From the NCBI GenBank assembly GCA_036833635.1, contig DAITPJ010000003.1:1-57132 (forward strand): a stretch of DNA of 57,132 bases. Reading direction: 5' to 3'. Shown piece by piece: positions 27,865 through 37,465 of this stretch; positions within the stretch are counted from its first letter, which is position 1; the number at the start of each line of letters is the position of its first letter. Source of the stretch: Terrimesophilobacter sp. (GTDB taxonomy: Bacteria; Actinomycetota; Actinomycetes; Actinomycetales; Microbacteriaceae). The notes below the pieces were generated by a model. That model was not told the origin of the DNA. It saw nothing but the letters and a program-made list of their open reading frames with translations, and did not search any database. A program made the position numbers and the translations under genes.

Positions 27865-28715
27865 GCGGCTGGCGGTTCCTGCTGGCCTCCCGCTGGGCAG
27901 GCTACGTTGCGATCACGATCGTCTTCGCCGTCGCGTGCTTCGCACTCGGCAACTGGCAGCTCGCGCGGCGTGCGGAGGCCCACGCGGCCGTCGTGAAGCT
28001 CGATGCCCACTACGACGCGGCCCCCGTGCCGATCGGGACGCTCCTCCCGACGCTCGGCTCCTTCGATGAGGCGCTGGAGTGGAGCCCGGTCGAGGTGCGC
28101 GGAAGCTACCTCAGCGACGAGCAGCTGCTCGTGCGCACCCGCCCGCTCGGAGGCAACCCAGGGTTCGAGGTGCTGGTTCCCCTGCTTCTCGAGGACGGGA
28201 CGATCTTCATCGTCGACCGTGGGTGGGTGCCGACCGGGAGCGCCCACGATGCGCCGGATGCCGTCCCCGCTGCACCCACCGGCACCGTCGTCGTCGTGGC
28301 ACGGCTCAAACCCGGCGAGCCACGACTTCCCGGACGCACCGCCCCTGAGGGGCAGGTCGCCACGATCGAACTCGACGACATCGCCGCACTGCTCGACGAG
28401 CCGACCTATACCGGCGCATACGGGCTCATGGCGAGCGAATCGCCTTCCGCAGCCGAGAACCCGACCCCGCTGCCCAAGCCCGCGCGCGACGAAGGGCCGC
28501 ATCTCTCCTACGCGTTCCAGTGGTTCGTGTTCGCGGTGCTCGGTTTCGTCGGACTCGGATGGGCGATCCGGCAGGAATTCCGTCTCGCGAATGCCGGCGA
28601 CCCGGAGGAGCGCGCACGCGCAGCGGAACGCGCGCGAAGGAAGGCGCTGCGGGCACCGACGGATGCCGAGATCGAGGACGCCATCCTCGATGACGCGCCG
28701 GCTGAGCGGAGCTAG
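27861..28715 (+). CDS. SURF1 family cytochrome oxidase assembly protein
   Basis: LGNWQL.R, VDRGW, GPHLSYAFQWF; two TMs. Confidence 0.9.
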   Translation: MSGWRFLLASRWAGYVAITIVFAVACFALGNWQLARRAEAHAAVVKLDAHYDAAPVPIGTLLPTLGSFDEALEWSPVEVRGSYLSDEQLLVRTRPLGGNPGFEVLVPLLLEDGTIFIVDRGWVPTGSAHDAPDAVPAAPTGTVVVVARLKPGEPRLPGRTAPEGQVATIELDDIAALLDEPTYTGAYGLMASESPSAAENPTPLPKPARDEGPHLSYAFQWFVFAVLGFVGLGWAIRQEFRLANAGDPEERARAAERARRKALRAPTDAEIEDAILDDAPAERS

Positions 28716-30310
28716 GCGAGACTTACGAGCTCTGCGTAGTCCGGACTCCAGAAGTCCTCGACCCCGTCGGGCAGGATGAGGACCCGCTCGGGATTGAGCG
28801 CCTGCACGGCCCCCTCGTCGTGGCTCACGAGCACGACAGCACCCGCGTAGTTGGCGAGAGCGTCGAGGATCTCCGCGCGGCTGGCCGGGTCGAGGTTGTT
28901 CGTCGGCTCGTCGAGCAGCAGCACGTTCGCGCCGGAGACGACGATCATTGCGAGGGCCAGCCGCGTCTTCTCTCCACCGGAGAGCACGCCAGCGAGCTTG
29001 TGCGAGTCGTCGCCCGTGAAGAGGAAGGAGCCAAGAACCCGGCGGGCCTCTGTCTCAGTGAGGTTCGGGGATGAGGACACCATGTTCTGGAGAACGGTGC
29101 GCTTGACGTCGATCGTCTCGTGCTCCTGGGCGTAATAGCCGATCTTGAGCCCGTGCCCCGGCTCGAGCCTGCCGGTGTCGGGCTGGTCGACCCCCGCGAG
29201 AATGCGCAGGAGTGTCGTCTTCCCTGCCCCGTTGAGCCCGAGCACGACGACCTTCGACCCCCGGTCGATGGCGAGGTCGACCGCAGTGAAGATCTCGAGC
29301 GAGCCGTAGCTCTTGCTCAGGTTGCTGGCCATGAGCGGGGTCCTGCCGCTCGGCAACGGGTCGGGGAAGCGCAGCCTGGCGACCCTGTCGGCCGTTCGCA
29401 CCTCCTCGAGCCCCGACAGCATCCGCTCCGCCCTGCGCACCATCTGGTGCGCGGCCGCTGCCTTGGTCGCCTTGGCGCCGAACTTCGCCGCCTGGAGCTG
29501 GAGCACCTGGGCCTTCTTCTCGACGTTGGCCCGCTCCTTCCGCCGCCGCTCCTCGTCGGCCTCCCGTTGCCGAAGGTAGTTCTTCCAGTTCATGTTGTAG
29601 ACGTCGATCACCTGGCGGTTCGCGTCGAGATAGAACACGCGGTTGACGGTCTCCTCGACGAGCGCAACGTCGTGGCTGATCACGACGAGCCCGCCCTGGT
29701 AGGACTTGAGGTACTCGCGAAGCCAGACGACCGAGTCGGCGTCGAGATGGTTGGTGGGCTCGTCGAGAAGCATCGTCTCGGCCCCGGAGAACAGGATGCG
29801 GGCCAGCTCGATGCGGCGACGCTGACCGCCGGAGAGCGTCCCGAGCTTCTGGTCGAGAATGCGGTCGGGAAGGTTGAGGTTGCTCGCGATGCTTGCCGCC
29901 TCGGCCTCGGCTGCGTAGCCTCCGAGTGCGAGGAACCTGTCCTCGAGCCTGCCGTAGCGCGTCATGGCGGCGGAACTCACCGCGGGATCGCCGCTGCCCA
30001 TCTCCTCGCTCGCCTTCGCCATGCCGACGACGAGCGTTCCGAGTCCGCGCGCGTCGAGAATCCGGGTTCGCGCGAGGTCGTCCCTGTTGCCCGTGCGGGG
30101 ATCCTGCGGCAGGTAGCCGACCTCTCCTGCGCGGTCGATGCGCCCCGTCGTCGGCTGCCCCTCGCCCGCGAGGATCTTCGTGAGCGTCGTCTTGCCAGCC
30201 CCGTTGCGGCCGACGAGCCCGACCTTGTCACCTCGGTCGACCCTGAACGACACTCCCGCCATGAGGGTGCGCGCGGCGACCCTCACCTCGAGATCGTGCA
30301 CGCTGAGCAC
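28712..30310 (-). CDS. ABC-F family ATPase (Rv1473-like)
   Basis: Two NBDs (GRNGAGKTT/LSGGQ/DEPTNHLD and GLNGAGKTT/LSGGE/DEPTNNLD), no TM. Confidence 0.93.
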   Translation of the reverse strand: MLSVHDLEVRVAARTLMAGVSFRVDRGDKVGLVGRNGAGKTTLTKILAGEGQPTTGRIDRAGEVGYLPQDPRTGNRDDLARTRILDARGLGTLVVGMAKASEEMGSGDPAVSSAAMTRYGRLEDRFLALGGYAAEAEAASIASNLNLPDRILDQKLGTLSGGQRRRIELARILFSGAETMLLDEPTNHLDADSVVWLREYLKSYQGGLVVISHDVALVEETVNRVFYLDANRQVIDVYNMNWKNYLRQREADEERRRKERANVEKKAQVLQLQAAKFGAKATKAAAAHQMVRRAERMLSGLEEVRTADRVARLRFPDPLPSGRTPLMASNLSKSYGSLEIFTAVDLAIDRGSKVVVLGLNGAGKTTLLRILAGVDQPDTGRLEPGHGLKIGYYAQEHETIDVKRTVLQNMVSSSPNLTETEARRVLGSFLFTGDDSHKLAGVLSGGEKTRLALAMIVVSGANVLLLDEPTNNLDPASRAEILDALANYAGAVVLVSHDEGAVQALNPERVLILPDGVEDFWSPDYAELVSLA

Positions 30311-30380
30311 AGGCGTAGTCCATTCCATTCGTTGCCGAACGACAACACGATGCGGTGGGGGGAACGTCTAGTCTAATTGC

Positions 30381-30998
30381 ATGACCTCCCTGAGCCTCGC
30401 CATCGGCCGCCCGACGCTCGCCGACCGGCTCTTCGCCCGCGGTGTCCTCATGGACATCGTCCTCGTCGCGGCGGGAGCCGCACTGACCGCCATCGCGGCC
30501 CAGGTGCAGGTGCCGCTGTGGCCCGTCCCCATCACCGCCCAGACGCTCGCGGTGCTTCTCGTGGGCAGTTCCCTCGGTGCCCTGCGCGGAACGCTCTCCA
30601 TGGTCCTGTATGCCCTCCTCGGGATGGTGGGCCTCCCCGTCTTCAGCGATGCCAGCTCCGGCATGGGCGTCATCCTCGGCCCGACGGGCGGCTACATCGT
30701 CGGATTCATCTTCGCCGCGGCCTTCACGGGCTGGATCGCCCAGCGCTCGTGGGACAGGCGGATTCTCCGGGCGATTCTGGCCTTCGCCGGTGGGACGGTC
30801 GTGACGTTCGCGATCGGGCTCCCCTGGCTCGCGGTCACCCTCGGGCTCGACCTGCAGCAGACTCTCCAGGCTGGCCTGTACCCGTTCATCGTGGGTGGCG
30901 CGGTCAAGACGGTCATCGCCGCGGGCGTCGTGACGTTCGGCTGGCGATATGTGGAGCGCGAAGACCGGCGCCGCGCCGACCGTGAGATCGGGCGCTAG
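30381..30998 (+). CDS. bioY: Biotin transporter BioY
   Basis: PVPITAQ, GLPVF, GPTGGYIVGF. Confidence 0.92.
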   Translation: MTSLSLAIGRPTLADRLFARGVLMDIVLVAAGAALTAIAAQVQVPLWPVPITAQTLAVLLVGSSLGALRGTLSMVLYALLGMVGLPVFSDASSGMGVILGPTGGYIVGFIFAAAFTGWIAQRSWDRRILRAILAFAGGTVVTFAIGLPWLAVTLGLDLQQTLQAGLYPFIVGGAVKTVIAAGVVTFGWRYVEREDRRRADREIGR

Positions 30999-31028
30999 CG
31001 CCGCGTCAGGCCGCGATGCCGGAAGGCG

Positions 31029-31358
31029 CTAGATCGCGAAGCCGATGGCGCGCATCATGTCGCGGCCGTCATCGGTGATCTTCTCCGGGCCCCACGGCGG
31101 CATCCAGACCCAGTTGATGCGGAACTGGTCCACAACCCCGTCGAGGGCCTGCGACATGTCATCCTCGATGACGTCGGTGAGAGGGCATCCGGCCGAGGTG
31201 AGCGTCATGCTCACGATGAGGGCGTTGTTCTCGTCGTCCCAACTGAGATCGTAGATGAGGCCGAGGTCGACGATGTTGACGCCGAGTTCAGGGTCGACGA
31301 CGTCCTTGAGCGACTCCTCGACCTGGTCGAAGAGCTTGGGTTCCAGTGCGACTGCCAT
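31029..31358 (-). CDS. sufT: SufT/DUF59 Fe-S cluster assembly factor
   Basis: DPELGVNIVDLGLIY, TLTSAGCP, WMPPW. Confidence 0.9.
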   Translation of the reverse strand: MAVALEPKLFDQVEESLKDVVDPELGVNIVDLGLIYDLSWDDENNALIVSMTLTSAGCPLTDVIEDDMSQALDGVVDQFRINWVWMPPWGPEKITDDGRDMMRAIGFAI

Positions 31359-31362
31359 GGTT

Positions 31363-32127
31363 CTAGCCTACGTTCGCGGCCGTGAGAAATCGATCGTAGC
31401 CCTCGTTCTCGAGCCGATCGGCCAGTTCTGGCCCACCCTCTTCCGCGACCCGGCCGTCGACGAAGACGTGCACGAAGTCCGGGCGGATGTAGCGCAGGAT
31501 GCGCGTGTAGTGCGTGATGAGAAGGATCCCGAGGTCCGAGCCCTCCTTCGCGCGGTTGACGCCCTCCGCGACGATCTTGAGAGCGTCGACGTCGAGGCCT
31601 GAGTCGGTCTCGTCGAGGATGGCGAACTTCGGTTTGAGCAGCTCGAGCTGCAGGATCTCGTGGCGCTTCTTCTCGCCGCCGGAGAAGCCCTCGTTGACGT
31701 TCCGGTCGGCGAAGGTGGCATCCATCCGGAGGTTCGTCATCGAGGTCTTGACGTCCTTGATCCAGCCGCGGATGGCGGGAGCGTGCCCGTCGATCGCGGT
31801 CTTCGCGGTGCGCAGGAAGTTCGTCACAGTGACTCCGGGGATCTCGACGGGGTACTGCATCGCGAGGAAGAGCCCTGCTCGTGCCCTCGCGTCGACCGTC
31901 ATGGCGAGGAGGTTCTCGCCGTCGAGGGTCACGGAGCCGCTCTCGACGTGGTACTTGGGGTGCCCGGCGATCGTGTACGCGAGCGTCGACTTGCCTGAAC
32001 CGTTCGGCCCCATGATGGCGTGGGTCTCGTTGTCGCGCACTGTGAGGTCGACACCGTTGAGGATGGGCTTGGTGCCCTGTTCGGTCTCGACGCTGACGTG
32101 CAGGTCCTTGATCTCGAGTACTGGCAT
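31363..32127 (-). CDS. sufC: Fe-S assembly ATPase SufC
   Basis: MGPNGSGKST, QYPVEIPGV, NEGFSGGEKKR, DETDSGLD. Confidence 0.96.
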   Translation of the reverse strand: MPVLEIKDLHVSVETEQGTKPILNGVDLTVRDNETHAIMGPNGSGKSTLAYTIAGHPKYHVESGSVTLDGENLLAMTVDARARAGLFLAMQYPVEIPGVTVTNFLRTAKTAIDGHAPAIRGWIKDVKTSMTNLRMDATFADRNVNEGFSGGEKKRHEILQLELLKPKFAILDETDSGLDVDALKIVAEGVNRAKEGSDLGILLITHYTRILRYIRPDFVHVFVDGRVAEEGGPELADRLENEGYDRFLTAANVG

Positions 32128-32131
32128 GGCC

Positions 32132-32473
32132 TCAGGCCTCTTTTCTCTCGTAGTCGAATCTGGGGGTCGGGTCGAGGTAGACGTCGCCGTCGACGATCGT
32201 GACCTCGAACACCGGAACGGGTTCATAGGCCGGGAGGGTCAGCGCCTCACCGGTCTTGAGGGAGAACTGCGAACCGTGCGCCCAGCATTCGATCGTCTCC
32301 CCCTCGACGAATCCTTCGGAGAGCGAGATGTCCCCGTGGGTGCAGGTGTCGCCGATGGCGTAGATGTTGCCCTCCGAGTCCTTGACGAGGGCGATCGGCT
32401 GGTCGTCGATGACGACGCGCACGGCCGAGGTGAGTTCGATCTCGGCCGCAGGGCAGATGCGGACGCTCGTCAT
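32132..32473 (-). CDS. Rieske [2Fe-2S] ferredoxin
   Basis: CTH...CWAH Rieske ligands. Confidence 0.92.
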   Translation of the reverse strand: MTSVRICPAAEIELTSAVRVVIDDQPIALVKDSEGNIYAIGDTCTHGDISLSEGFVEGETIECWAHGSQFSLKTGEALTLPAYEPVPVFEVTIVDGDVYLDPTPRFDYERKEA

Positions 32474-33702
32474 GCTGCCCCGCCCGCTGTGGCGCGCAGC
32501 TCGGCCTCGATGGCATCGTCGAGCTGCGCCTGGACGGCGGGAACGCCGATCTTCTGGATGATGCCCGTGAGGAACCCGCGCACGACGAGGCGCCGCGCCT
32601 CTTCTTCAGGGATGCCGCGCGCCTCGAGGTAGAACAGTTGCTCGTCGTCGAAGCGGCCGCTCGCGCTCGCATGGCCGGCCCCCGCGATGTCGCCAGTCTC
32701 GATCTCGAGGTTCGGCACGGAGTCCGCCCGTGCCCCCTCGGTGAGGAGGAGGTTGCGGTTCTCCTCGTAGCTGTCCGTGCCAGCCGCCGTCGGCCGGATG
32801 AGCACGTCGCCGATCCAGACCGTGCGCGCGCCCTCGCCCTGCAGCGCTCCGCGGTAGCTCACGCGGGATTTCGTGTTCGGGGCGTCGTGGTTGACGAAGA
32901 CCTGGTGCTCGAGGTGCTGGCCTGCATCAGCGAAGTACACGCCGTAGAGCTCGACGTCGCTCCCTGGGCCCGCGAGGTGCGCGTTGGTGTTGACCCTGAC
33001 GATCGCCCCGCTGAGCGACACGACGACGTGCCGGAGGTGGGCGTCCTTGCCGAGCCTGGCGAAGTGGGTGGCGAGGTGGATGCCGTCATGGGCCCATTCC
33101 TGCACCGTCACGACGGTGAGCCGTGCCCCGTCGCCGACCGAGATCTCGACGTTCTCGCTCAGGAGAGCACCGCCGGTGTTCTGCAGCACGATGACGCCAC
33201 GGCTGTTCGGTTTCGCGTCGATGACGGTGTGGGCGGCGCGCGCGGAGGGGCCGAGCGCGCTGCGCGTCACGGTCGCCTCGACCGTCTGGTCACCCGACAC
33301 AGTGATCGCGATGGCGCCGTCGACGTGGCTCCAGGCGTTCGCGGAGCCCCGCTCCTCCGGGGTGCCAACCGATCCGATGCGCGCATCCGTCCGCTCGATC
33401 CACTCGACGGTAATGCCGCTTTCGCCCTCGGTGCCGTAGTCGTAGCGACTGCCGTCGAGCTCGCCGTCGAGAAGCGCGTGGATCCGCTTGACGGGCGTGT
33501 ACTTCCATTCGGCCTCGAAACCCGTCACGGGCTCGAATTCGCCGACGTCGTGGGACGAGAAGCGCCCGGCGCGGCTCTGGATGGGCACGAGTCCCCAGCC
33601 GCCGTCGCTGTGCTGCTTGGAGAGGAGCCTGGAGTGCTCGATCGCCGCTGCCGAGGGCCGGGAGATGGACGGTGACGCCGTTGATGGTGAAGGTGCTGGC
33701 AT
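32470..33702 (-). CDS. sufD: Fe-S assembly protein SufD
   Basis: EWKYTP, PNLEIE, AGHAS, FYLEARGI; lies between sufB and sufC. Confidence 0.93.
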   Translation of the reverse strand: MPAPSPSTASPSISRPSAAAIEHSRLLSKQHSDGGWGLVPIQSRAGRFSSHDVGEFEPVTGFEAEWKYTPVKRIHALLDGELDGSRYDYGTEGESGITVEWIERTDARIGSVGTPEERGSANAWSHVDGAIAITVSGDQTVEATVTRSALGPSARAAHTVIDAKPNSRGVIVLQNTGGALLSENVEISVGDGARLTVVTVQEWAHDGIHLATHFARLGKDAHLRHVVVSLSGAIVRVNTNAHLAGPGSDVELYGVYFADAGQHLEHQVFVNHDAPNTKSRVSYRGALQGEGARTVWIGDVLIRPTAAGTDSYEENRNLLLTEGARADSVPNLEIETGDIAGAGHASASGRFDDEQLFYLEARGIPEEEARRLVVRGFLTGIIQKIGVPAVQAQLDDAIEAELRATAGGAA

Positions 33703-33704
33703 CG

Positions 33705-35123
33705 CTATCCGACGGATCCTTCCATGCCCATCTCGATGAGCTTGTTCAATTCCATGGCGTACTCCATGGGAAGTTCTCGCGCGATGGGTTCGATGAAGCC
33801 TCGGACGATCATGGCCATGGCCTCGTCCTCCGGCATTCCACGCGACTGCAGGTAGAAGAGCTGCTCAGCACTCACGCGGGAGACCGTAGCCTCGTGGCCC
33901 ATCTGGACGTCGTCCTCGCGGATGTCCGTCGTCGGATACGTGTCGGAGCGGGACATCGTGTCAACGAGCAGCGCATCGCAGCGCACTGTGTTCGCGGAGT
34001 GGTGCGCACCCTCGGCGATGCGGACCTCTCCGCGGTAGCCGGAGCGGCCCCCGCCTCGCGCGATCGACTTCGAGACGATCGAGGACTGCGTATGCGGCGC
34101 AAGGTGGATCATCTTCGCCCCGGCATCCTGGTGCTGGCCGGGGCCAGCGAACGCCACAGAGAGCGTCTCGCCCTTTGCGTGCTCCCCGACGAGGTAGATC
34201 GACGGGTACTTCATGGTCACCTTCGAGCCGATGTTGCCGTCGACCCACTCCATGGTCGCGCCCTCGTGGGCGATCGCGCGCTTGGTGACGAGGTTGTAGA
34301 CGTTGTTCGACCAGTTCTGGATGGTCGTGTACCGAACGCGGGCGTTCTTCTTGACGACGATCTCGACGACCGCTGAGTGAAGGGAGTCCGTCGTGTAGAT
34401 CGGGGCGGTGCAGCCCTCGATGTAGTGAACGTAGCTGCCCTCATCCGCAATGATGAGCGTGCGCTCGAACTGGCCCATGTTCTCGGTGTTGATGCGGAAG
34501 TAGGCCTGCAGCGGGATCTCGACGTGCACGCCGGGCGGCACGTACACGAACGACCCGCCCGACCATGCCGCGGTGTTGAGCGCCGCGAACTTGTTGTCGC
34601 CCGCCGGGATGATCGTGCCGAAGTACTCTTCGAAGAACTCGGGGTGCTCGCGCAGGGCCGTGTCGGTGTCGGTGAAGATGACGCCCTGCGCCTCGAGGTC
34701 GGACCGGATCTGGTGGTAGACCACCTCCGACTCGTACTGCGCGGTGACGCCCGCCACGAGACGGGAGCGCTCGGCCTCAGGGATGCCGATGCGCTCGTAG
34801 GTGTTCTTGATGTCGTCCGGGAGCTCCTCCCAGGTCATGGCCTGCTTCTCGGTGGACCGGACGAAGTACTTGATGTTGTCGAAGTCGATGCCGGAGAGGT
34901 CGGCGCCCCATGCCGGCATGGGCTTCCTGAGGAACATGCTGAGGCCCTTGAGCCGGTTCTTGAGCATCCACTCCGGTTCGCCCTTGAGGCGGGAGATGTC
35001 GGTCACGACCTCCTCGTCGATGCCGCGGCGCGCGGAGGCGCCGGCAGCGTCGGAGTCGGCCCAGCCGAATTCGTAGACGCCGAGACTCTCCAGTTCAGGA
35101 CGGTTGATCAGCACGTCTGACAT
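33705..35123 (-). CDS. sufB: Fe-S assembly protein SufB
   Basis: [35 protein letters not shown]. Confidence 0.97.
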   Translation of the reverse strand: MSDVLINRPELESLGVYEFGWADSDAAGASARRGIDEEVVTDISRLKGEPEWMLKNRLKGLSMFLRKPMPAWGADLSGIDFDNIKYFVRSTEKQAMTWEELPDDIKNTYERIGIPEAERSRLVAGVTAQYESEVVYHQIRSDLEAQGVIFTDTDTALREHPEFFEEYFGTIIPAGDNKFAALNTAAWSGGSFVYVPPGVHVEIPLQAYFRINTENMGQFERTLIIADEGSYVHYIEGCTAPIYTTDSLHSAVVEIVVKKNARVRYTTIQNWSNNVYNLVTKRAIAHEGATMEWVDGNIGSKVTMKYPSIYLVGEHAKGETLSVAFAGPGQHQDAGAKMIHLAPHTQSSIVSKSIARGGGRSGYRGEVRIAEGAHHSANTVRCDALLVDTMSRSDTYPTTDIREDDVQMGHEATVSRVSAEQLFYLQSRGMPEDEAMAMIVRGFIEPIARELPMEYAMELNKLIEMGMEGSVG

Positions 35124-35316
35124 GGTCCACCTTTCTCGCTTCTACTTCCGACCGCAACCGGTCCAACCCGCGCCGACACCTCGTCATTCCCTTGAGGGAG
35201 TCGGAGACCGGGCGACGGGGCCCGTTGCTTAGACTGGGCGAAGACTCCGGCTTCCTTGCCGGGCACACGTGCGCGGGAAGAACCTCCGGCCACTCGCCCT
35301 TGATGATTCGATTCTA
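35124..35316 (-). promoter_or_regulatory. sufB promoter and ~180-nt structured 5' leader (candidate cis-regulatory RNA)
   Basis: -10 TAGAAT (35311-16, minus strand); hairpin 35236-35299; multi-stem domain 35158-35211; RBS AGAAAGGT 35129-36. Confidence 0.5.
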
Positions 35317-35388
35317 CAGCCCGTGGGCGGGAATGCCAGAGTGCCTCGTCGGCGTGAGCGATTCTCGACTGGGAAAGGGCGCATCACC

Positions 35389-36369
35389 ATGGGCACTGAC
35401 GACGGATCCTCCGGATGGTGGAAGCGGTTGACCGGATGGCTCCTCCCCCGTGAACTCACCCGCCGCGCCCGCTGGTTCGCCTGGGCGTCGCTCGTCACCG
35501 AGATCGCGATCGTGGGGACGGGCGGGTCGGTGCGGCTCACGGCATCCGGGCTCGGCTGTCCGACCTGGCCGCTGTGCACGCCGGAGTCGCTCGTGCCCGT
35601 CGAAGCGCTCGGCATCCATGGCCTCATCGAGTTCTCGAACCGGATGATGAGCGGCGTCGTCGCGATCGTGGCCCTGTTCACGTTCCTGTTCCTCGTGCGG
35701 CAGCGCCGCACCCGGCCCGAGCTGTTCTGGCTGAGCTTCAGCCTCGGCGTGCTCGTGCTCGCGCAGGCCGGAATCGGCGGGATCACGGTGCTCTCGAGCC
35801 TGGAGTCCTACATCGTCGGCCTGCACTTCGTGATCTCGGCCATCATGGTCGTGCTCGCCGCGGCGCTCGTGTGGTTCGTGCACCTGCCTGCTGAGCGCGC
35901 GGCGCCACTGCCAGGTTGGATGCGCGGTCTTGCGTGGGTGACGGCGGCCGTCACCGCGGTGACGGTGCTCGTGGGTGTGCTCACGACGGGGTCTGGCCCG
36001 CATGCCGGCGATCTCGGCACCTCGCGCAACGGGCTCCCGACCGAGATCATGGAACACGTGCACGCCTGGCCCGCCTATGCGCTGTTCGGTCTCACGGTTC
36101 TCGTCGTGCTCGTGGCCTGGCGCAGGGGCTTTGCGGTGACCCGCTACTTCGCACTCTGGCTGCTCGGGATCGAGTTCCTGCAGATCGCCGTCGGCCTCTA
36201 CCAGTCCCGCAACGGCCTGCCCGCGCTCGCGGTCGGCGTGCACATGGTGCTGGCCTGCCTGCTCCTGTCCGCCATGACCGCCGTCGTCCTCGCGACAGTG
36301 CGTCCCCGCACGGCTCAGAAGGGCAGCAGCGGGTCGATCCCGACCGCGACGAAGAGCAGTGTCAGGTAG
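35389..36369 (+). CDS. ctaA: Heme A synthase, COX15/CtaA family
   Basis: [33 protein letters not shown], multiple TMs with His. Confidence 0.9.
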   Translation: MGTDDGSSGWWKRLTGWLLPRELTRRARWFAWASLVTEIAIVGTGGSVRLTASGLGCPTWPLCTPESLVPVEALGIHGLIEFSNRMMSGVVAIVALFTFLFLVRQRRTRPELFWLSFSLGVLVLAQAGIGGITVLSSLESYIVGLHFVISAIMVVLAAALVWFVHLPAERAAPLPGWMRGLAWVTAAVTAVTVLVGVLTTGSGPHAGDLGTSRNGLPTEIMEHVHAWPAYALFGLTVLVVLVAWRRGFAVTRYFALWLLGIEFLQIAVGLYQSRNGLPALAVGVHMVLACLLLSAMTAVVLATVRPRTAQKGSSGSIPTATKSSVR

Positions 36370-37235
36370 GTGATCGACGCGTGGAAGACGCGCATCGGCG
36401 AACCTTCCAGGTGTCGGATGGCCTTCGAGTAGAGCCGGTGCGACTCGACGACGAACCAGCCGCCTGACGCGAGCGCGACCGCCGTGTAGAGGATGCCCAT
36501 GTCCGCGACCGGCACGAGCAGGAGAGAGCAGACGACCGTCGCCCAGGCGTAGAGGACGACCTGCAGGCCGACCTGGACCCTCCCCCGAACGACCGCGAGC
36601 ATGGGGACGTTGGCCGTCTGGTAGTCCTTGCGGTAGCGCATCGAGAGCGGCCAGTAGTGCGGCGGCGTCCACAGGAAGACGACGCCGAACAGGATGACGG
36701 GTGTCCAGGCGAGCGAGCCCGTCACGGCGGCCCAGCCCACGAGCACGGGCACGCATCCGGCGGCACCGCCCCAGATGATGTTCTGCGACGTGCGGCGCTT
36801 GAGCCAGAGCGAGTAGACCACGACATAGAACACGTGGCCCGCCGCGGCGAGCCCCGCGGCGACCCAGTTCACGAGGAGCCCGAGCCACAGTGTCGACACG
36901 ACCGCGAGCACCCAGGCGAACACGAGCGCCTCGCGATCGGTGAGCTCGCCGGTCACGAGCGGCCGACCCCGGGTGCGCTTCATGACGCGGTCGATGTCGC
37001 GGTCGATGTAGCAGTTGAACGCACCGGCGGAACCTGCGCTCAGCCCGCCGCCCACGAGCGTCGCGACAACGAGCCAAAGATCCGGAATGCCCCGCTCGGC
37101 GAGGAACATGACGGGGATCGTCGTGATGAGCAGGAGCTCGATGATGCGGGGCTTCGTCAGCTGGAGGTAGGCACTCGCCTTGCGCAGGATGCCGAGTCGT
37201 TCGCCGCTCGCGCGCGTCACTACGGCCGTGTCCAT
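36315..37235 (-). CDS. ctaB: Heme O synthase (protoheme IX farnesyltransferase)
   Basis: LTKPRII, DRDID..M.RT..RPL, LKRRT, WTPPHYW. Confidence 0.95.
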   Translation of the reverse strand: MDTAVVTRASGERLGILRKASAYLQLTKPRIIELLLITTIPVMFLAERGIPDLWLVVATLVGGGLSAGSAGAFNCYIDRDIDRVMKRTRGRPLVTGELTDREALVFAWVLAVVSTLWLGLLVNWVAAGLAAAGHVFYVVVYSLWLKRRTSQNIIWGGAAGCVPVLVGWAAVTGSLAWTPVILFGVVFLWTPPHYWPLSMRYRKDYQTANVPMLAVVRGRVQVGLQVVLYAWATVVCSLLLVPVADMGILYTAVALASGGWFVVESHRLYSKAIRHLEGSPMRVFHASITYLTLLFVAVGIDPLLPF

Positions 37236-37465
37236 CGCTCCTCATCCGCTCGCTGACGTTCCCAGCCCATTGAGTCTATGCGACCGCCGCCGTGGCTCGC
37301 TGTGGGAGACCGCCGTCGCCAGCGGGCCCCCAGCACTGCTCTCTATACTGGAACTGCTTGCCAACCGGGTCCAGCACCCGGCAGTGCCAACGGTGACAGG
37401 GCGGGCGATCCGCACAGGTCAGCGACCGTCAGGTCGCGCACAACGGCGAAAGGTCATCGATTTCC

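Noticed and set aside
35108..35293. 61-aa ORF in the sufB leader ending in CQTC (possible Cys-sensing leader peptide)
   Set aside because: No RBS or leaderless placement; the Cys codons arise from out-of-frame overlap with the sufB start.
35236..35305. SAM-I/SAM-IV riboswitch call (AUCAAG...CCCGGCAA)
   Set aside because: Lacks the GCAACC and GUGC core and the P1 complement; kept only as an unassigned structured leader.
37344..37465. tkt leader with two short hairpins after -10 TATACT
   Set aside because: Stems of 5-6 bp are expected at this GC content; no alternative pairing or known motif seen.
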